Below, piece after piece: positions 57,730 to 64,000 of a stretch of DNA of 64,000 nucleotides (position 1 is its first letter; the number at the start of each line of letters is the position of its first letter). Location of the stretch: the NCBI RefSeq assembly GCF_009914755.1, contig NC_060936.1; one strand, 5' to 3'. The stretch comes from the human T2T-CHM13v2.0 reference genome, Homo sapiens. A program made the position numbers and the translations under genes. The notes under the pieces are model-generated. The model made no database searches, was not told where the DNA came from, and saw only the letters and a list, made by a program, of their open reading frames with translations.

Positions 57730-58860
57730 CTCCAAACCCAGTCTTACAAACAGGGAGAAATTAACATCTAAGCATAGGACTAAAGGAAAAGTAGCCAGGT
57801 GAGATGCAATAAAAGAGCATTTCAAACAAGGAGACTATATGCGAAGAATGTTGGAAATTAAGAGAATTTGGTATGCTTGAAGGATAGCAAAGTACTCAAT
57901 GCACCTAATGAAGTACGCAGGAGCTGCATTTGTGTGGAGGTCTTACACACTATATGAGAGTTTGACATTATCATATAATCAATGGTAATCACTGAAGTTT
58001 TTTAAATTATTCTAAAACATGTCATATATACACATGCTGTAAAATGTAAAAGATGCAGTAGAGTGTACCATGAAAGTAAATCTGAGTCATAGTCACTCAG
58101 TTCTCCCACTCCTAATCCCTGAGACAACCACTGGTATCAATTTCTTCTGCAATTTCCAGACATATTCTATGCCTATTTAAGCATACACATAGGGGCATAT
58201 GTGTTTGTGCTTTTCCTCTGAAGGGTGTTCAGCAGGGACATGAGATGTTATTATTGCTAAACAATATCTTTATAAATGCATGGTAGAGGATAAATTAGAG
58301 AAGAGTAAAACTGGAAGCTAGGAGGAAGCTCACTTGATACTAGTTTCAGTTCTTGTAACTATGACTGCAGAACATGAAAGGAGTGAGGCAGATTAAAAAA
58401 AATACATGGGATCTAATATTGCTTGCACTCTGGCACTGACTGGATGTCTGAAGATTAGGGAGGGATGCTCTCAAAGATAATATCCTTCTTTTTTAACTAA
58501 ACAACTGGGTGGGTCCATAGTGTAGGGAACTGGAGGACTGCAATTGAGCTACAGAGAAGCATAGTTTTAAACAGGTTGAATTTGAGATGCTTATGACACA
58601 TCCAGATAAAAATGTCCCAGAGGCAGTGAGATATGTGGGTCTAGAGCTTACTCAGGAAACAGCACTGGGCTAGAGATCAAGATTTGAGAGTCATAGGCAC
58701 AAAGAATGTAATTAAAGCCATGGTGTTAGACAGTATCACACAGGTAGAGGATGTAGAATGAGCAGAAAACAATTAAAATGGATACCTGGGGGACTTGGAC
58801 ATTTAAGTGACAAGTAAAGAAAGCAGGTGGAGAAAAATTGCTCAGAGAGGTAGCAGCAAA
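57730..58860 (-). mobile_element. L2 remnant with an intervening old L1 fragment (~58000-58200)
   Basis: caggttgaatttgagatgctt...gacacatccag...gatatgtgggtctagagct...tgggctagagat. Confidence 0.65.
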
Positions 58861-58869
58861 ACTAGAGGA

Positions 58870-59390
58870 GTGTTGGAGAGACAAATGTCAAAACGGTAGG
58901 CAGTCATCACCTTTTGAACACACCTATATTTGGAAAAATCTTTGTTTCTTCAAGAAAGGAAACTCAAATTTTCAGTGTCCTTAGAAACTAGTGACCTGGT
59001 ACTACCAAATGGGAGCACTCATGCAAAAATTCAATCCAGAAGATAACTTTATAACCTTGCAGGTTGCAAAATTTAGCAAGCATAATAGAGAAGGCATATC
59101 AGCATTTAGCATGGTCGCCATGGCATTCACTTCTGGAGTCCAGTCTTGGATGGCATCAGTGAACGTTCACAACATTTATGTGAGTTGTGGTGTTGATACC
59201 AAAAGGTAGAGGTAGTGGGATTTGTACCAAGATGTAATAGGTATTTTCTTGGCTGAATATCATCTTAACCTGTCTTCCAGTCCTCCCACATGCATTGTGA
59301 GCTACCTAACGTCCTTCAACATATTCCTTTTCTGCTTAAAACGTCAGAGTGGATTCTGTTGTTTGCAATTCAAAACCCTGATCAATACAG
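58870..59390 (+). mobile_element. Ancient ERVL-type solo LTR (LTR33-like)
   Basis: Ends ttccttttctgcttaaa...agagtggattctgttgtttgcaattcaaaaccctgatcaataca; interrupts the L2. Confidence 0.55.
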
Positions 59391-59394
59391 TGTA

Positions 59395-60020
59395 GTATCA
59401 TGAAGACAAGGTAAATAAGTGTTGGAAGAAGGGAGAGGTCGATAGAATTAATTGCTGCCTAGAAGCCAAGCAAAATACAGATGGAAAGTTGTCTGATTTA
59501 ACAATAGAGAAGTTATCAGTGACCTTGGTGAGAGTAGTACGGAGGGGATATGTGATGACAAGTCTAGATTGAAGTGGGTTAAGGAGAAAGTCTGAGATGA
59601 AGAAGTGAAGACTGTGAGAAAAAATCATTACATTAAGAGATTCAGCTATAAAGGGGAAACGGCAATAATACAAAAACTAGAAGGGATGTAGAGTTAAGGG
59701 AGAGATTAAGCATAATTAAATGCTGATGGGAAGGAGCAAACAGAGAGAACGAAATTGAAAACTGAGTTTGAAGATATAATAGATGAAGCAAATTTCCTCT
59801 GAAGACAGGAAGAGATGAGATTTAGTATTCACACGTACCTATTACTCCCGGGAGGAGAGGTTTCTATTCCACTGAAACTAGGGAGAAGGAAGAAAGGGTG
59901 GAAGTAAGGCATGCTGGCTTATGAAATTGGAGCAGGAGGATGAAGAAGTTACTGTCTGTTTCTGTTTCATTGGTAAGGAAGTCATCTGTCAGGAATAAGA
60001 GAACTGGTAGAGTCAAAGGC
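59395..60020 (-). mobile_element. L2 remnant (continuation)
   Basis: gatttaacaatagagaagttatcagtgaccttggtgagag...agattgaagtgggttaaggag. Confidence 0.65.
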
Positions 60021-62070
60021 TTCAGAGAATGGTGAAGGTTTACAATCATCATTGTAGGAAATGAGCGAAAACTCTGCTGGGATGCACAGTAGAATTACCA
60101 AGCGGAGTACAGGACTCAAAGCATGAACACACAGCTGTGTGAATCCACCACCTGACATTTTTATAACACTTTGCTTTGTACAGTGCATGTTCATATGCAT
60201 TGTATGTTAATTCTCACAATCATCCTGTGACCTGGGGAGAACAGGCAGTAACCCCTTTTCACAGCCACAGAACCTTTGTGAAGTTGAGACGTTTCCCAAA
60301 TGCCTGCTTTAAGTTAGTGTCTGGTAAATCCAGCATAGAATCACTAATTATTAGCCACTGTCCTTCCACAAGCTGGTCCCTATCTTTGCAGTTTAGTCTA
60401 CTAACACTCCTGGATATAAGCCTCCTGTTGTAGAAAATTTCCAGAACATGTCTTGCCCTTTCCCTTTGCTTACTCTTCTCCGCCAATCTAAATTGGAGTC
60501 ACATCTCAAAGCCCAGATGAAGTCTCAATTCCTACATAGTATCTTCCCTAACCTCTGGCCACAGGGATTCCATCTGTCTCTACTTCTGCACTTTTTGTCT
60601 GTGCTTATTCATGGGTAGTTAGTAGGTATCTTGGCTGAATCCAACTTGCTTGAAATTAAAGAACAGACAGTCTCATTTAAATGATTGTCTTGTCATGCTG
60701 GATTTGAAAATTCATCAAGTTGAATAGCAGCATTCTTTCCAAGAAGGTGGATTATTATTTTTAAAAATTAGAAACTAATTTAGTAAATATATATATATTT
60801 TGTCAGAAAGCATGGATTGCAGTCATAAAATTACCCAAATTGTTACCCATCCAGAGTTGCTCGATTAACCTGAACATTACATCAGTGTTTTCATGAAAGA
60901 TACAGAGCCACTCCAATTTCCAATTGCTTGCTTGTACATAAATCACTGACTGGATTGCATTGTTAGTTTTGACAATCTTAATCAATGTTTAATGTTGATT
61001 AGGAAGTAGGACCTTATAACAACTCAGTATACACAAACATATATGTTCCACAATTTAAGTCCCATTTCTCCACCACTACATTTCCTCTTGAAGATATGAA
61101 CAATTTTTTAAAAATCTATTTGGGAATACATTCTTCATATTAAAGAAAAATTACTTGGAGGAAATTTAAAAATGTAATTAAAGCTGTTTTTTGAATTTAA
61201 AGTAAAAATGAAAGTCAAATGTATTATTAAAATCCCAGGGATCTATTTTTATATCATACCAATGAACAAGACACACAATTCAGAACCATAATGCCCGCCT
61301 CTTCACCAATGCTTCACACTCATTAAAGCCAGCACCAATTTCCTAACTGTCTCTTGTGTCAAAACACATGGGGCTCTGTTTTCTGTGGAATAATAATTGA
61401 CTCAAAGAAGCCAGGTCTTTCTCCATCACAAAACTCAAATATCTCCCTGTTCTCTCTCACATTCATTTAACTTGTACTTACCTGCTTCCCCCAAATCGCA
61501 GTTATTGTTGTTGTCCCCTAAAAACTTATTCTTATTTCTATTCATTATATTAATAATGAAGCTAACATTTACTACAATGTATGTTGCTTTGACAATGTCA
61601 TTTCATTGTTTTTCCCACAGCATCAAGTTTTCACAACAGATCTCAAATATGATGTCAGCACTATTTAATCAAAGCTAAACTTATTTTCTTTGTGCAATTC
61701 TTTTTTTTTAAGAACCAAATCCATTTTATTTATTTTTATTTTATTTATTTTTTTATTGTCGTAAACTTTTCTTTTAGATGAGATAAGAAATTTCTTTTAT
61801 TGTCTTAAATATTTATTCATTGGATAGTCATACATATCCATGTCAATATACATATATACACCATTTCTCTTACTATGTTATATGGATCCTTTATGTCTTT
61901 TCTTATATTTTGTCTACTTTATTTGCATATCTAGTCATCCTATTTCCAGCAGTTTTTGACTAGTTTTGTTTTTTTTTTAACGTTGAAACACTGTATACGT
62001 TTTAATCATGAGCAGTAATACTTTTAAGAGCTTCTTAAAAGCTTTTTTGTTGTTGTTGTTGGCATAACCC

Positions 62071-64000
<1,930 letters not shown>

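Overview
Primate (most likely human) genomic DNA lying entirely inside the NELL2 gene, which is transcribed on the - strand. The only coding sequence is one 126-nt, phase 1-1 exon (46173-46298) encoding a calcium-binding EGF-like domain, (D)IDECAEGRHYCRENTMCVNTPGSFMCICKTGYIRIDDYSCT. It is flanked by at least 46 kb and at least 17.7 kb of intron. The introns are a mosaic of L1, Alu, L2, MIR, LTR elements, DNA transposons and microsatellites, and nearly every other ORF in the track is a repeat-derived or chance frame. I see no evidence of a new gene or multi-gene system. The most interesting signals are DNA-rearrangement footprints: an L1 with both a twin-priming inversion and a probable ~210-bp 3' transduction, a 121-bp local sequence copied into a MER20, an internal duplication in an L1, and several apparent template-switch palindromes. 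Inverted L1 copies also bracket the exon. Repeat subfamily names come from recall of consensus sequences and need RepeatMasker/Dfam confirmation; boundaries of old repeats are approximate.
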